Position numbers and translations under genes: made by a program. DNA of 63,982 nt, counting the filler. It is 12 parts of 12 records of this genome, joined end to end, with 100 filler letters (N's around TTAATTAATTAA, not from the genome) between each part and the next. Parts side by side here need not be neighbours in the genome. Positions count along the whole stretch, not along the records: positions 11,393 to 14,617 come from SRR7504441_13645; positions 14,718 to 18,593 come from SRR7504441_13646; positions 18,694 to 26,047 come from SRR7504441_13651; 9 more parts are not named here. One strand, 5' to 3'. Shown here piece after piece: positions 12,927-24,289 of the stretch (its first letter is position 1; every line of letters starts with the position of its first letter). Below the pieces are notes generated by a model that was given only the letters and a program-made list of their open reading frames with translations, searched no databases and was not told the origin of the DNA.

Positions 12927-14328
12927 ATGCCAGGGGAGTGGGAGAAGGACGCAGGGCAGGACCCGCGGAAGAAGCACAACCAGGCGATCCGGGACTCGCG
13001 CAAGCAGAGCGCGGACCGGGCCTTCGAGCCCAAGCACCGCCAGCTGGGCGGCCAGCGCCGCGAATGGGAGAACCCGAGTGGACGGGAGACACAGCAAATC
13101 ACCATGTTTGAGCGCGAGACAGGTGTCGCCAGCCGCGGGGCCAGGCTCAGCCGGGGGGCAGATGCCCAGGCCGAGTGGCGCAAGCGGCGGGACGCGGGCT
13201 ACGACGCCCGGATGGCCCAGGACGCCCGGTCGGCCAAGGTGAGTCAGCGGGAGCGGGAGCCATCCCCGGCGAGCGGCTCGACATCCCCAAGATCCCCAGG
13301 AGAGGTGCCGGGGGCGGGCCGGGGCCCGGGCGACGGGCGGTGCAGATCTGGAAGATCGAGGAGCGGCTCAAGGCCGAGGCCGAGCAGAAGGATTGGACCC
13401 CGGCCCAGCTCGCCTTCGAGGCAGGGCCCCCCGGCGGGGCGACCGGGCGATCCGGAGGGCAGAAGCGGAAGGCCGGGATCCGGGAGGAGAAGCAGTCGGC
13501 CAAGCTGAACGCTAAGATGCTCGAGACCAAGACCGGGCAGGGGGAGACTCGGCGCGAGCGGGAGTGGACCGGGACGGGAGTCCGGTGCGGGCGGTGGGCG
13601 GGCGGGCGGCTCACCGGTCGGGCAGCAAAGAGGGTCTGAGCGCGGTCCAGCTGGAGTGGGAGGCCCAGAAGGCCAAGCAGTTTGAAGACCAATGGGCCGA
13701 TGGCGAGAAGTGGCTGATGGGCCAAATGGCCGCAACCACAGCCGACAATCACGAGATTCAGAAAGCACCGTCGGCGGTGTTGCACAAGCAGTTCTACCCG
13801 GGTAAAATGCCCGAGCGGGATGAGGAGGCGGTTGGGTATGATATCAACGTGCCCAAGTGCTACCGCAAATTAAAGCACCACACCGCGAACCCGGATGATC
13901 TGGAGGAGCAGCAACAGTGGGAACAGGTCAGGACGAGGCCCAGAGACAAGTGGTACGCCAAGAACAAGGGCGAGCACGGATTCCCGACCGCGGTGACCGA
14001 GCCCGAGAGCCGAGGCAGCATGCTGCCACCACGGTACGCAAAGCCGGAGCCTCCGTCGGTGTACGGGCTGCCACACGGAGCTTTTGCGGCTGAGGAGGAA
14101 ACTCGGTGGAACCGGGGCGAAATTTGGCTCAGAAGCAAGATGGCTCAGAAGCAGGAGGACGCTGAGCAGCCCGAGACCGAGCAGGCCACTGACGGCTCCG
14201 AGTTGACAATGCTGCCACCGTTTATGCACCCCCATTTCGGGCATCCCGCTGTGGGGTACGTGCCGCCTCCGGATCTCTGGCGGAACTATCTGCCCGAGGG
14301 GTACGGACCTCCTCCATTCATGTACTAG
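12927..14328 (+). CDS. Hypothetical hydrophilic protein, intron-containing
   Basis: Successive + ORFs joinable by short introns. Stop at 14328 is followed by an AT-rich spacer. Confidence 0.55.
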
Positions 14329-14617
14329 GACTTCGTGTACGCATAGATTGATAGCACTCTTGGATTAGCTGTCTTGTGTGGTCTGACAGTGCGCCTTCAT
14401 AATGCAACTTGACCCATCGACGAAGTGCATACTAGCAATTAGTAGCAATAATGCCAATCAAGGTGACTCAGATGCTATGTAAATGCTACATATGTGTACA
14501 CTTGTATGTGCCAAAGAAAAAAGACCTACATGACCATATATTTACGCTTATACTAAGTCTTTCGACCGCGCTCTCGGAGGGCCAAGAGGGCTTCGGCCAC
14601 GGCCCTAGGTGCTTGAC

Positions 14618-14717
14618 NNNNNNNNNNNNNNNNNNNNNNNNNNNNNNNNNNNNNNNNNNNNTTAATTAATTAANNNNNNNNNNNNNNNNNNNNNNNNNNN
14701 NNNNNNNNNNNNNNNNN
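14618..14717. other. Artificial contig linker
   Basis: N44-TTAATTAATTAA-N44. Confidence 0.99.
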
Positions 14718-15478
14718 CCAAGGATGGGAAAGCCGTGTCAGCTGTGGAGGACGCCTCCGAGCAAACAGAGGAAGGCGCCGAGAAGAAGGAGGAGGAGGCC
14801 GTCAAGGCCAACGTCGAAGCAAAGGAAGACTTGAAGCGCGCCCAGACCAAGGCTGCCGCCAAGCCAAGTGTCGAGAACGTGAAAGCTGTCAAGGCTCAGA
14901 AGAAGATTGCTGAGGCCACTAAGAGGCAGGAGGATGAGGCCAAGGTGAAAGTTGTGAAGGCCAAGGCCAAGGTTCACGCTGTCTCGCAGCAAAAGAAGGC
15001 GCTCGCAGTTGCTGCTGCTGCCGATGCTGCTGGAGCAGTACTGCCCAAGCCAACTCCAAAGAAAGTCTCAGTTGCTGCCAACCCCGTGGCAGCCACAAAG
15101 GAGGCAGAGAAGGTGAAGGCGAAGGCCGACAAGGGGAAAAATGATGCCATCAAGGCGGCCGCGGCCGCATCGGCCAAGGAATCCCAGGCTGAAAACGAGG
15201 TCTCCAAGGCCATTGCCTCAGGTGATCCCAAAGCCACCGAACTGGCAAAGGAAGAGCTTGAAAAAGCCACCGCCGAGTCAAAGGCTGCTGAAGAGAAGAA
15301 GGATTCAGCGGAGAAGGTTGCCGACATTGCCAAGAAGGCTGAGAAGCAGACCACGGCTGCTGCAGAGGCAGCAACGAAGGCTGCCCCTGCCGGTACTCCT
15401 GGACCAATCTCTGTTCATGTTCACATCCACAAAGATGGGAAAGTGACATCATGCCCTGGTGGCAAGGAGTCTTGCTAG
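14718..15478 (+). CDS. Lys/Ala/Glu-rich low-complexity protein, 5'-partial
   Basis: Open frame from the contig edge, strongly biased codons (AAG, GCC, GAG), ends SCPGGKESC*. Confidence 0.7.
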
Positions 15479-15870
15479 TCGCGCAGTCCGCTCGTTGCGA
15501 TGCATTTAAACACATCACGACATGTTTGGTGCATAATTATAATAAACTCATCTCCTACAAAAAAAATGCATCATGCAGTGCCAATTGCAGCGTTTTCAAA
15601 GTTTTAAAACTCTTAATGTCTCTGATGTAAATTTTAGAAAGAAAACTAGATCGTTATGAAAGTAGTGAATCATGACAGACAATAGAGCCGATCTTTGCAG
15701 CGCAATATCAACGCATGATTTGGATTGGTAAGCACAACGGGCAATAAGTTGTCCGACCGTGGTAAATTGCTTGGGTGCACCCCTCGCAGCACACCTAAAG
15801 GAACCATGTTGCGTTGTAAAACAAACTCGTTGAACACGGCGCCATATGGCTGACCAACATGTGTACTTAG

Positions 15871-16250
15871 GAGATCGACTAATTGAAGTTTATGCCATGG
15901 CGGCGTTCCTCAAGCCTCTACGCCGCTTGACCCAACAGCCCGTGGTTTATCTGCATAACGAGGAGCCATCTGAGACAGACCTGCTCGTGCTAGAGCAGAC
16001 AGACGGGGCGTGCTTTGTGTTGGGGTCACCTCTGCTTCTGGCTGATCTCCGTCGAGCTGGCGCTGATGGTGCTGCACTTGTGGTAATTTTGAGTGATCCT
16101 ACTGAATATTGGTTTGGTTCCACAAAGATCGGGGACAACAGGCTCAATGACCACTTTTCTGTGTTTGTGGTTAATCTGATAACTCAGCATTTCCATTGCC
16201 GCTGGTTGGTGGAACTTACTATGCCTGACTCAATGCACTGGCTTGCTGGA
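15871..16250 (+). pseudogene. Fragment of a BK/Slo-type K+ channel (RCK2-like region)
   Basis: AFLKPLRR...FVLGSPLLLADLRRAG...VVILS...LVEL pattern. Preceded by an intron acceptor and broken off near 16250. Confidence 0.7.
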
Positions 16251-16758
16251 TTTCAACAGAATATACTTCCTGGCCAAGGCCGACACAGTAATCCTTCAAC
16301 CATTTCTTCGTCAAGGATTTCGGCTCTCCAGCAGACTGGACTAGATTGGAAAGCATCGTGGTGAACCCGGGGCAATGGACGGAGATGGCCAGTAGCCCGA
16401 GCCTCAGGACTTCACTGCAGACCACCTGGTCATCCGCCCTTCTCATCAATCGTGGACTTAGCACCAGACCATTCTGACACTCATTCGGCTCCGCGCTTGC
16501 CGCCTGCTTAGGAAAGGCTGGCTCATTGGACTGCCGGCTGACAGCAGGCGCACTGACCGCTGCTGCAGCCGGCAGGTTGGGCGTGCCACGGGTCAGCCGT
16601 TTGGACAGCTCCCACCACTCTGGGGACCCCTTCTCCAGGAATGTGGAGCTCTGGCGCGCTTTGGAAGGGCCGAACCCAATCACAGACTTGCGCACCCGGG
16701 GTGATTCCAAAGGCGGCGGCTTCTTCCAGACCAGCGCCTGCTGCAGCCACACGCTCAT
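16250..16758 (-). pseudogene. N-terminal segment fused directly to the end of a BK/Slo RCK1 domain, transmembrane core absent
   Basis: DDQVVCSEVLRLGLLAISVHCPGFTTMLSNL...WLKDYCVGLGQEVY resembles the end of Slo RCK1. Confidence 0.7.
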
Positions 16759-16858
16759 CCTCCACCTACCGGGCACGCCCCCCCGACGGGCTCAGGCGCT
16801 CAGGCCATATTCTTAGGATGTGCGTTTCGGTTTGCCGTTAATTAAAAGGCCGGCCCGA

Positions 16859-18568
16859 ATGGCACAGCTTGGAGCTGCGCTGTTGGCTCTGCTGTTGGCC
16901 GGCTCCGCCAACAGCGCCGCGATCAACCGGACGCAGGAGCTGCTGTGGCGGCCGCGCTACCACGTCACTGGGTGGTGGGGCGGCTCAGGCCACATCCAGG
17001 ACCCGGCGGCGCCATACCAAGACCGCACCGGTCTCTGGCACGTTTTCCCCGACTGCTGGCCTCAAACATGGAACCATGTAGTGGACGGCGGCAGCCCGGC
17101 CTATCCGGCCGGCCAGAACAACCTCGGCTGGTGCCACCTGACCTCCCCAGATCTGGTTCGGTGGAAGCATCAGCCGCCGGCCGTGTGGTGGGGCGGTGCC
17201 GCTGAGCCGCTGGTCAACGGCAGTGGGTTCACCGGAGGGTGCGGGACTGGCGGCGGGGCTGTGAACCAGCTGGGCGAGCTAGTGGTGTACTGCCCGCACG
17301 GGGTTGGCGGTATCAACACGTTTATAGCACCCAACGCCAGCGCCGTCCACAGCAAGCTCCAGCTAGTCGATCCGCCGCCAGCTGGGCTGAACTGTAGCTC
17401 GCCGGGCTGGCAGCCCGGATGCGCCATGCAGACCCCGCCGCACCCACCCAGGGCCACTTCGGACCCAGGCACCCCGTTTATGGCATCAGACGGTAACTAC
17501 TATACTGTCTGGGGTAACCGTGGAGGGCCGGGTGCTCTCGTCTATCTATATAAGAGCCTCAGCGGACCAGATCTGAGACACTTTGGGTACGTCTCAACAT
17601 TCTTTAACAGCTCTGTGGTGCCGAGGCAACGGTGCTTGGCGTACAACCAGGATCCACACCGCAACTGCACGACAGACCCGGAGCCGGCCTCAGTCACTGA
17701 GTGCCCAGACTTGTTCCAGGCACCGTCTGCGGCAGACTCCACCGGGCAACGGCACCTGATGATCGCCTCGTTGGGCTGCGGATCGTACGGCACAACGGCC
17801 TGGTGGTCGGACAGCTCGTGGGTGCCAGGGTCGAGGTTTGTAGTAAACAAGTCTGGCGTACTCGACTTTGGGTCGATGTATGCTCCCAAAAGCGCCGGCT
17901 CAAAGGATGGCAGCAGGCGGCTACTGTTCGGGTGGATCATGGAGGACTGGTGCGACAACGGCTGCAAGTACGCCAGTGCGTGTAATGACACGCAGCACCC
18001 GCTGGTGGATTGGGACGGCTCTCAAGCGCTCCCGCGAGAGCTGTCCGTCGACGCCGAGGGAAGGCTGCTGCAGGATCCGATCTGGGAGCTTCGGTCGTTG
18101 AGGATAGAGAGCTCGCGCGTTCATCTGGATGCGACGCTTGTCCAACCAGGCCAACGGCGCATCCTTGGGCACGGGCGGGCTCTCGAGCTAGAGATGCGCT
18201 GCTCGATGCCTGGGCCTGGCGCGGCCGTGGGCATTGACATTCTGGCCTCGGACCAGGAGCGCACACGATTTGTAATCAACGGCACTAGTCTCAAGCTGAT
18301 TATCGACCGGTCGTCCTCATCGTTGGGCCCAGTCGGGAACAAGTCTCCCTACTTTGCCGCACTAGAAGACCTCAGCATTCGGGAGGGCCAGCCGGTGCAG
18401 CTGACAATGTTTGTCGACCACAGTGTCGCCGAGATCTTTGTCAACAATCGAGTGGTGCTGACTTCGCGCCAGTATCCGGCCCTCTTAAAAAGCGACGAGG
18501 TGGCGTTGTGGGCTGAAGGCGCTGCGGTCAAGGTAGCGGAAGCAGATCTCTGGCAGCTGGCATGGTAG
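16859..18568 (+). CDS. Secreted glycoside hydrolase family 32 (beta-fructofuranosidase-like), intronless
   Basis: Signal peptide, RPRYH, IQDP (NDPN variant), WCHLTSPDLVRW, SDP (RDP variant), ECPDLF, LFGWI, LPREL, C-terminal FVDHSVAEIFVN. Confidence 0.9.
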   Translation: MAQLGAALLALLLAGSANSAAINRTQELLWRPRYHVTGWWGGSGHIQDPAAPYQDRTGLWHVFPDCWPQTWNHVVDGGSPAYPAGQNNLGWCHLTSPDLVRWKHQPPAVWWGGAAEPLVNGSGFTGGCGTGGGAVNQLGELVVYCPHGVGGINTFIAPNASAVHSKLQLVDPPPAGLNCSSPGWQPGCAMQTPPHPPRATSDPGTPFMASDGNYYTVWGNRGGPGALVYLYKSLSGPDLRHFGYVSTFFNSSVVPRQRCLAYNQDPHRNCTTDPEPASVTECPDLFQAPSAADSTGQRHLMIASLGCGSYGTTAWWSDSSWVPGSRFVVNKSGVLDFGSMYAPKSAGSKDGSRRLLFGWIMEDWCDNGCKYASACNDTQHPLVDWDGSQALPRELSVDAEGRLLQDPIWELRSLRIESSRVHLDATLVQPGQRRILGHGRALELEMRCSMPGPGAAVGIDILASDQERTRFVINGTSLKLIIDRSSSSLGPVGNKSPYFAALEDLSIREGQPVQLTMFVDHSVAEIFVNNRVVLTSRQYPALLKSDEVALWAEGAAVKVAEADLWQLAW

Positions 18569-18593
18569 TTGGAACCCTGAAAGGAACGCGACT

Positions 18594-18693
18594 NNNNNNN
18601 NNNNNNNNNNNNNNNNNNNNNNNNNNNNNNNNNNNNNTTAATTAATTAANNNNNNNNNNNNNNNNNNNNNNNNNNNNNNNNNNNNNNNNNNNN
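18594..18693. other. Artificial contig linker
   Basis: N44-TTAATTAATTAA-N44. Confidence 0.99.
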
Positions 18694-19284
18694 AATCTGC
18701 CAGAAGTCGTTGCTGCCATCTCCGGCGATCACCAACACGCCTCTTGCGTTGAAAGGCGAGCAGTAAAGCTTTCCGTCATAGGCTGTGATTCCGGACCACT
18801 TGCCGGGTTGATCGTCCCCAATATCGATCGTCTCGATAGTATCCGTTACTTGGTCGATCACCAGTACCGACGCGGCATTGAACGGCGCACAGTACAACTT
18901 TCCGTTGCAGGCCGCTACGCCCATCCAGCCCAATGGGCCCCGCGACGCGTACTCGCCACAATCGACTGTAAAAGGCCACCGCGGACCATATGGACGATCG
19001 ATTGATTGGCTGATGTGCACTGAAATTTGGCCGCCGTAGATGTGCAATTTGGCCGCCGATGTGTCCCATTTCAGTGCCACCGCCGCCTCAGCCGCCGATG
19101 CCTCAGCCGCCGCCGCCAAGCGCTCCTGCTCCTCTCTCGCGGCCGCGTCCTTAGCTTGCCGCTCCTCCCGAGCAATCCGTTTAAGGTCGTCCTCCAGGGC
19201 TTTGGCGGCACTGAGCGTGATTTCGCCTGCGGCGAAATCGCCACTGGCCGTGTCGCACTCAGCGACCGAGCCTAAGTCCTCCAT
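18694..19284 (-). CDS. Coiled-coil plus beta-propeller-like repeat protein, 3'-partial
   Basis: Two repeats of W.G....GKLYC.PFNA..VLVI. Confidence 0.65.
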
Positions 19285-19340
19285 TGCTCGGCTCCGTCTA
19301 ACGGCAAGTCTTGGCACCCGGGCCCTGAGGCAGGGCCTGA

Positions 19341-20441
19341 ATGGAAGTGGTGGTGCCCATCGCGGAAAACGCGCTGGTCGAGGCCTCCAAGAGCTTCTTC
19401 ACGGAGCTCGGGTTCGCGCTGGTGTCGATCAAGCCAGCCGACGACCCACGAGACGCCTTGCTGCAGGGCCACGGCTGCCGGCTCCGGCTGCTCAAAGGCT
19501 CGCTCGCCCCGCCCCCGCGGCTCCGACTCACCTGCGAGGCGGCGGGTGGCCCACCGCGGGAGCTGACAGCGCCGAACGGCACGGTGGTGGAGGTGGTGGC
19601 AGACCTGGAGCCTCCGCTGCCGCTGCCGGCGCTGGCCGAGGCGATGCACATCAGCCGGACCGGCGGGAGGCAGGTGGAAGGCCGGGCCGGGATGGTGTAC
19701 CGGGACTTGATACCGACCCGACTGGGCGGCCGGTTCGTGGCCTCGCACATTCAGATCCCGGAGCCGGGCCCGGTGCCGGATATGGTCCATCATCACGCGT
19801 GCCGGTTCCAGCTCATCTTCTGTGTGTCGGGATCGGTCCGGCTGGTATATGAGGACCAGGGCCCGCCGTTCTGGCTCCAGGCAGGCGACTGCGTGCTCCA
19901 GCCGCCCGGGATCCGCCACCGGGTGCTCGAGAGCTCCGGAGGGCTCCAGGTGCTCGAGATCGGGTCACCAGCCGAGCATCTGACGGAGCAGGATCTAGAG
20001 CTGTCGCTGCCCACCGCGGTCGTGCGAGCCGACCGCGAGTGGGCGCAGGCGTATGATGGCCAGCCGCAGCGGTTTGTGCGGCACCAGGCGGCGGCTTCTG
20101 TGTGGACGCCGCACCCGAGCTTGTGTGGCTGGGATTGTGCTGACACAGGGATCGCTCAAGCCACACAGGGACTGGGCTCGTGCCTTGTCGCGCGCTGTGG
20201 CCAGCCCGGCGGGAAGGCGGCGATGCTCCAGCACGATGGCGAGCTCGTGTTCCGGTTTGTGGTTCGGGGCGAGTGCACGGTGAGACTGGATCGGGGCGAC
20301 GAGGGTGCGACTAGCGAGAGACTTGGCCCGGGAGACTCCGTGGTGGTGCCTGCAGGCGTGGGGATGGCAATCTCAGGGACAGAGTGCGAGTTGATAGAGG
20401 TGATGCTACCCGCCGATGTGCGCTTTACGGAAGTAACATGA
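19341..20441 (+). CDS. Bacterial-type cupin-domain protein, intronless
   Basis: GRAGMVYRDLIP.RLGGRFVASHI, PDMVHHH..FQLIFC, AGDCVLQPPGIRHRVLE, and a second cupin motif LGPGDSVVVPAG. Confidence 0.85.
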   Translation: MEVVVPIAENALVEASKSFFTELGFALVSIKPADDPRDALLQGHGCRLRLLKGSLAPPPRLRLTCEAAGGPPRELTAPNGTVVEVVADLEPPLPLPALAEAMHISRTGGRQVEGRAGMVYRDLIPTRLGGRFVASHIQIPEPGPVPDMVHHHACRFQLIFCVSGSVRLVYEDQGPPFWLQAGDCVLQPPGIRHRVLESSGGLQVLEIGSPAEHLTEQDLELSLPTAVVRADREWAQAYDGQPQRFVRHQAAASVWTPHPSLCGWDCADTGIAQATQGLGSCLVARCGQPGGKAAMLQHDGELVFRFVVRGECTVRLDRGDEGATSERLGPGDSVVVPAGVGMAISGTECELIEVMLPADVRFTEVT

Positions 20442-20614
20442 AGTAGGAAGCTCGATTCCTCAAGTTTAGCTCGTTGTAAATTCATTTCTGAGTACTTAAC
20501 GGGCTGACTAATTCTGCATCTATGGGTGAACTGTACAAGTCATGATTGTAAGCAAGTAGTAAGCAAGCTTGCATTCTGGGTTTATTACGTATTTATTACG
20601 GGGTGTCACTTCAA

Positions 20615-21141
20615 TTAATGCTTGTTAGCTCGCAGTTGGCAGATGAACTCTGACGGCCCCAAAATCCGCTCGAGTAGCCCGGCCTCGATTAGCCTCTCCA
20701 CTTCCTCGGGATCGTCCCACAGGAGCACCCGGCTGTACAACTGCTCGGCCGCCCGCTCGTCGTGTTGCCCGCATACGTCCCTAGACTCTAGATGAAACGG
20801 TAACGGAATCTTGTTCGACTCATCCCCAAGCCAGTGGTCGGCAAACTGGCACCCGTGCCTGCTCGTATCCCTGCCGGGCAGCCAGCGCAGCCCCCACCAG
20901 CCCGCGTTCGGCAGCCTGCAGCCCTTCCATCCGCTCGCGCAGACCGGCCTGCAGCTCGCGCAGCTCGCGCAGCGCCGCCCGCCCGGGGTCCTCCTTTGCC
21001 TCTGGCGGCGCTGCTGCCTCTTCCGCTGCCACCTCTGCTTCTGCTGCTGCCTCTTCCGGTGCCTTGGATAGGCCAATTGCGTGGGGTGCCGACGACTTCT
21101 ATTGGTTTGTGGCCTGCCCGCCCTTGCAGCGGGATTACCAT
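20615..21141 (-). CDS. Hypothetical small coiled-coil protein, intron-containing
   Basis: A GC-AG intron near 20806-20850 joins ..GYEQ to IPLPFHLE.. The start is uncertain. Confidence 0.4.
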
Positions 21142-21288
21142 GCTAGCCAGACGCTCTCTTGGGCCTACATGCCGTTCCTGGCGGATGCTGCTGGGCCCTG
21201 CGGAGAGCTGCTCGACGCCTGGCCCAACAAGTTCGGTGTCGACAACAACAACAACGTTCTCCAACGGCACAGCACCAAGGCAAGGGGG

Positions 21289-22928
21289 ATGGACCTGGAG
21301 GCCTTCCACCTGCAGACGGCCCAGCTGCGCTGGAACGCGCACTACGCGGCGCTGGAGCAATGCGTCGCCCACCTGCAGGCCAGCACCGAGCACGGGTTCG
21401 CGCCGCTCTCGAGCCTCCGGTTGCTCGAGGTCAAGCTCGACCGCTCAGTGCTCTCCGGCGACCGCCAGATGGCGCTACTCGCGCTCGCTGAGGCCGAGCT
21501 GGTGGAGGCCGCCGTCCGCCCCTCCAACGCGGCGGTCCGCGGAGCGTCCGCTCTGAAGCGCTGGTGGACAGGCGAAACCCAGGCCTTGGCTGAGCACCTC
21601 AAGCTGGCCGTGTATGGGTTTGCGTGCTTGCTCAAGGGCCTGCTGCAGGTCCAGACTGGGTCCAAGCTGCAGGGCTTCCTCTCGTTTGGCCGGGCCCAGT
21701 CCGCGTTTGAGAAACTGCCCGAGCTGCCGACCAAACCGGGCGAGCCTTTCGAGGCTGTACTAGTGCGCGAGTCCAAGCTGTGCGGAGTTGGCGCGTTCAT
21801 GCTCCTGCTCTCGTTCCTGCCCAGCCGGCTGGTCGGTTTCCTGGAGCTGGTCGGGTATGCAGCGGATAGAGAGCGAGGCACCCAGATGCTCGAGTTATGC
21901 GCCGCATCCGGAGTGTTCGGGAGGGAAATGGCACGGGGAGTGCTCACTCTTGGGGCGCTGATCCGGTCCAGGTTCGAGCCGGCCAAGCAAGCTGAGTGGG
22001 TCCAAGTTGCGCTGGGACACGTGCTGTTTCTCAGGGAGGAATGGCCGAACAATCCGCACTCGGCTTGGCTCCACAGCCAGATCTGTAGAATGTCGGGACA
22101 GCTTGATACAGCGATTGAGGCGATGCAACACACGCTCGAGTGCAGTCGGGAGCTGAGCGACCAGGGGCTGCCGCTCAATAGGGTGACTAAGGAGCTCGGC
22201 TGGTGCTACATGATTGCTTTGCGGTGGTCTGAGTGTGCGGAGATCATGTGGCCTATAGCCTCGTGCGATAGCCCGGACAACATGCTGCGGCTGTGGGGGC
22301 TGATGCTGTGCATCGTCAGCTGCTGGATGCTCGGGCAGCACGACAAGCTCGCCGAGCTCTGGCCGTGGGCGGAAGAGGCCTCAGCTCACAATGAGTTTGA
22401 CGAGCAACTCAAGCGGAAGCTTCTCAGTGCCAGGCACCGGAGCTCGGGCCAGCTGCTCGCCGGAGAGATGCTGTACCACCTGAATCGGTTCACTGGCACG
22501 ATGCACCCAGAGTGGCAGCAGCAGGTTCTGGGGATGCTGGAGCAGGCCGAGGCGGCGGACATGGTTAGTCCCACGGAACTGGCCATATCAGGCACACTGC
22601 GGGCGGCGCTTCAGATGAGCTCTAGCGAGTACAGCGAGCACGGCCTGGTTAGGGAGCAGGCGTTGGCGGCGCTGGATGGGCTGAGTGGGCTGGACAAGCA
22701 AGAGGGCTGGCTGGGGCCTAACTTGCACTTGGTGGTTGCAAACTGTGCGCTCAAAACTGATGACCCAAAGGAGGCGGTGGGTCTGGCGCAGGGGCCAGAA
22801 GGGTTAGGTCCAGGGGGCAGGTGCGCCACCTCGGGCTGGCACAGAAGGCGTCCGGTTATGTGTTTGAGAATACGCTGAGCTTCACACTCAAGAACACGAT
22901 GGATACTGCCAAGGCTAGACTTGGATAA
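21289..22928 (+). CDS. TTC39/IML2-like TPR protein
   Basis: GVGAFMLLLSFLPSRLVGFLELVGYAADRERG, ELGWCYM..LRW. A terminal intron gives the C-terminus GYVFENTLSF. Confidence 0.75.
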
Positions 22929-23195
22929 TCGCTCAGGCTCAATAGTCGGCGGCGTTTGCTAATACTTCCTTGTACTTCGCTACTAAAATTCCCACAAGTA
23001 TACAACTCAAGGTCTCAAGCTAATATGTCTCTCATACTCGCGCACCCTTAGAATGCCTCGTTGATGGTCTAAACATAAGAATTAAACACTTGTATTCAGT
23101 AGAAACGACCAGTAATAGGCACGGAGTCAACTGTTTACAATGAGTTTTAATATTATGCATGTAAGAAATACTAAAGAAATACAGATCCCGCACGG

Positions 23196-24113
23196 GTGAA
23201 GCTGATAACACGTCTCGACCAGATCCATAAGACTACTGTACTCCACATATTTCAGGACAGGGCAGCAGAGTCATGGAGGGTGGCCAAATTGGTGGAAGCA
23301 ACTGCAACTGCAATGAGCCCAGAGCTATTAGAGTGGCGAGCCATTCGGCTGAGCAACGTCCCAGCTAGCGAACAGCTGCAAGCAGGGCTAGTGCTCGTCC
23401 AAGAAGGGCACCGCCACAGAGTTTGGCTACGAGAGCACATCGTGCCACCCACCGCCACTGGTGTCTCCGAATGGATAGCTGGCGCTGTGCAATACGGCGG
23501 CGATGTCGTGTCGAGCGAGCCCCAGTTTACACAGACGTGGCTGGAGGGCGATCCTGCACTGATTCTGGTGACGGATAAAGTGCAAGTGCCGTTGCTGTTT
23601 AAGATGCTCTGCATTAAGTATCAGCCACAGCTCAAATTTGGTGTTATTGTCAGCAACATCCTCCAGCCATGGCACAAGGAGCTGCTTGGTGCAACACAGG
23701 TCCCTGCTCTTGTACTGATTATCAACAACAAGCCATCCTCACTGGCCGTTCCTGCGACGATTGATCCGAGAATGATGTCGCTAGTGCGTGTCCTCAAACG
23801 GGCGGCACAAGAATTAGTGGCGCTAAAGCGGTTTAGCATGTCTTGGGCCGATGGGGTTTCACAATCTAAGCTGGTGCAGGCAGTACATGCTGAAATGAGT
23901 CAGCTTCCTACGCTTGTTGCAATTAGACCTAGATCCGCAAAGTTAATGAGAAGTCCAGCCGCCATTCAAATGGGCCAACCAGTGAAGGAACAAATGAGAG
24001 CCATCTCTGATTTTGCACAGAGCTGTCTCGATGCATTCTCGGTTGAACCAGGGTCGGTGCAACATCCACATTGGCAAGAGCTCTCTGAGCCGCTAAAATT
24101 CTTAGTTTCTTAA
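23196..24113 (+). CDS. Thioredoxin-fold-like protein (DNAJC16/ERdj-type redox-inactive domain), 5' end uncertain
   Basis: LILVTDKVQVPLLFKMLCIKY...KFGVI...VPALVLI pattern, no CxxC. Confidence 0.45.
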   Translation: MKLITRLDQIHKTTVLHIFQDRAAESWRVAKLVEATATAMSPELLEWRAIRLSNVPASEQLQAGLVLVQEGHRHRVWLREHIVPPTATGVSEWIAGAVQYGGDVVSSEPQFTQTWLEGDPALILVTDKVQVPLLFKMLCIKYQPQLKFGVIVSNILQPWHKELLGATQVPALVLIINNKPSSLAVPATIDPRMMSLVRVLKRAAQELVALKRFSMSWADGVSQSKLVQAVHAEMSQLPTLVAIRPRSAKLMRSPAAIQMGQPVKEQMRAISDFAQSCLDAFSVEPGSVQHPHWQELSEPLKFLVS

Positions 24114-24289
24114 GTAAAACTGTCTTGCGCCGCGCGACCCGCCGAGTATTGAAGGCTGCACGCGCGACCCGCACTCTATGTAGTGATAATGTATTGACTC
24201 TGCTTTCGTGGGCATAATTATCAGGGGCAAGGGCATTGTGGCAGTGCACAATCATGATGCATGCACCTGAGGCCTAAAAAGATTGTGTT

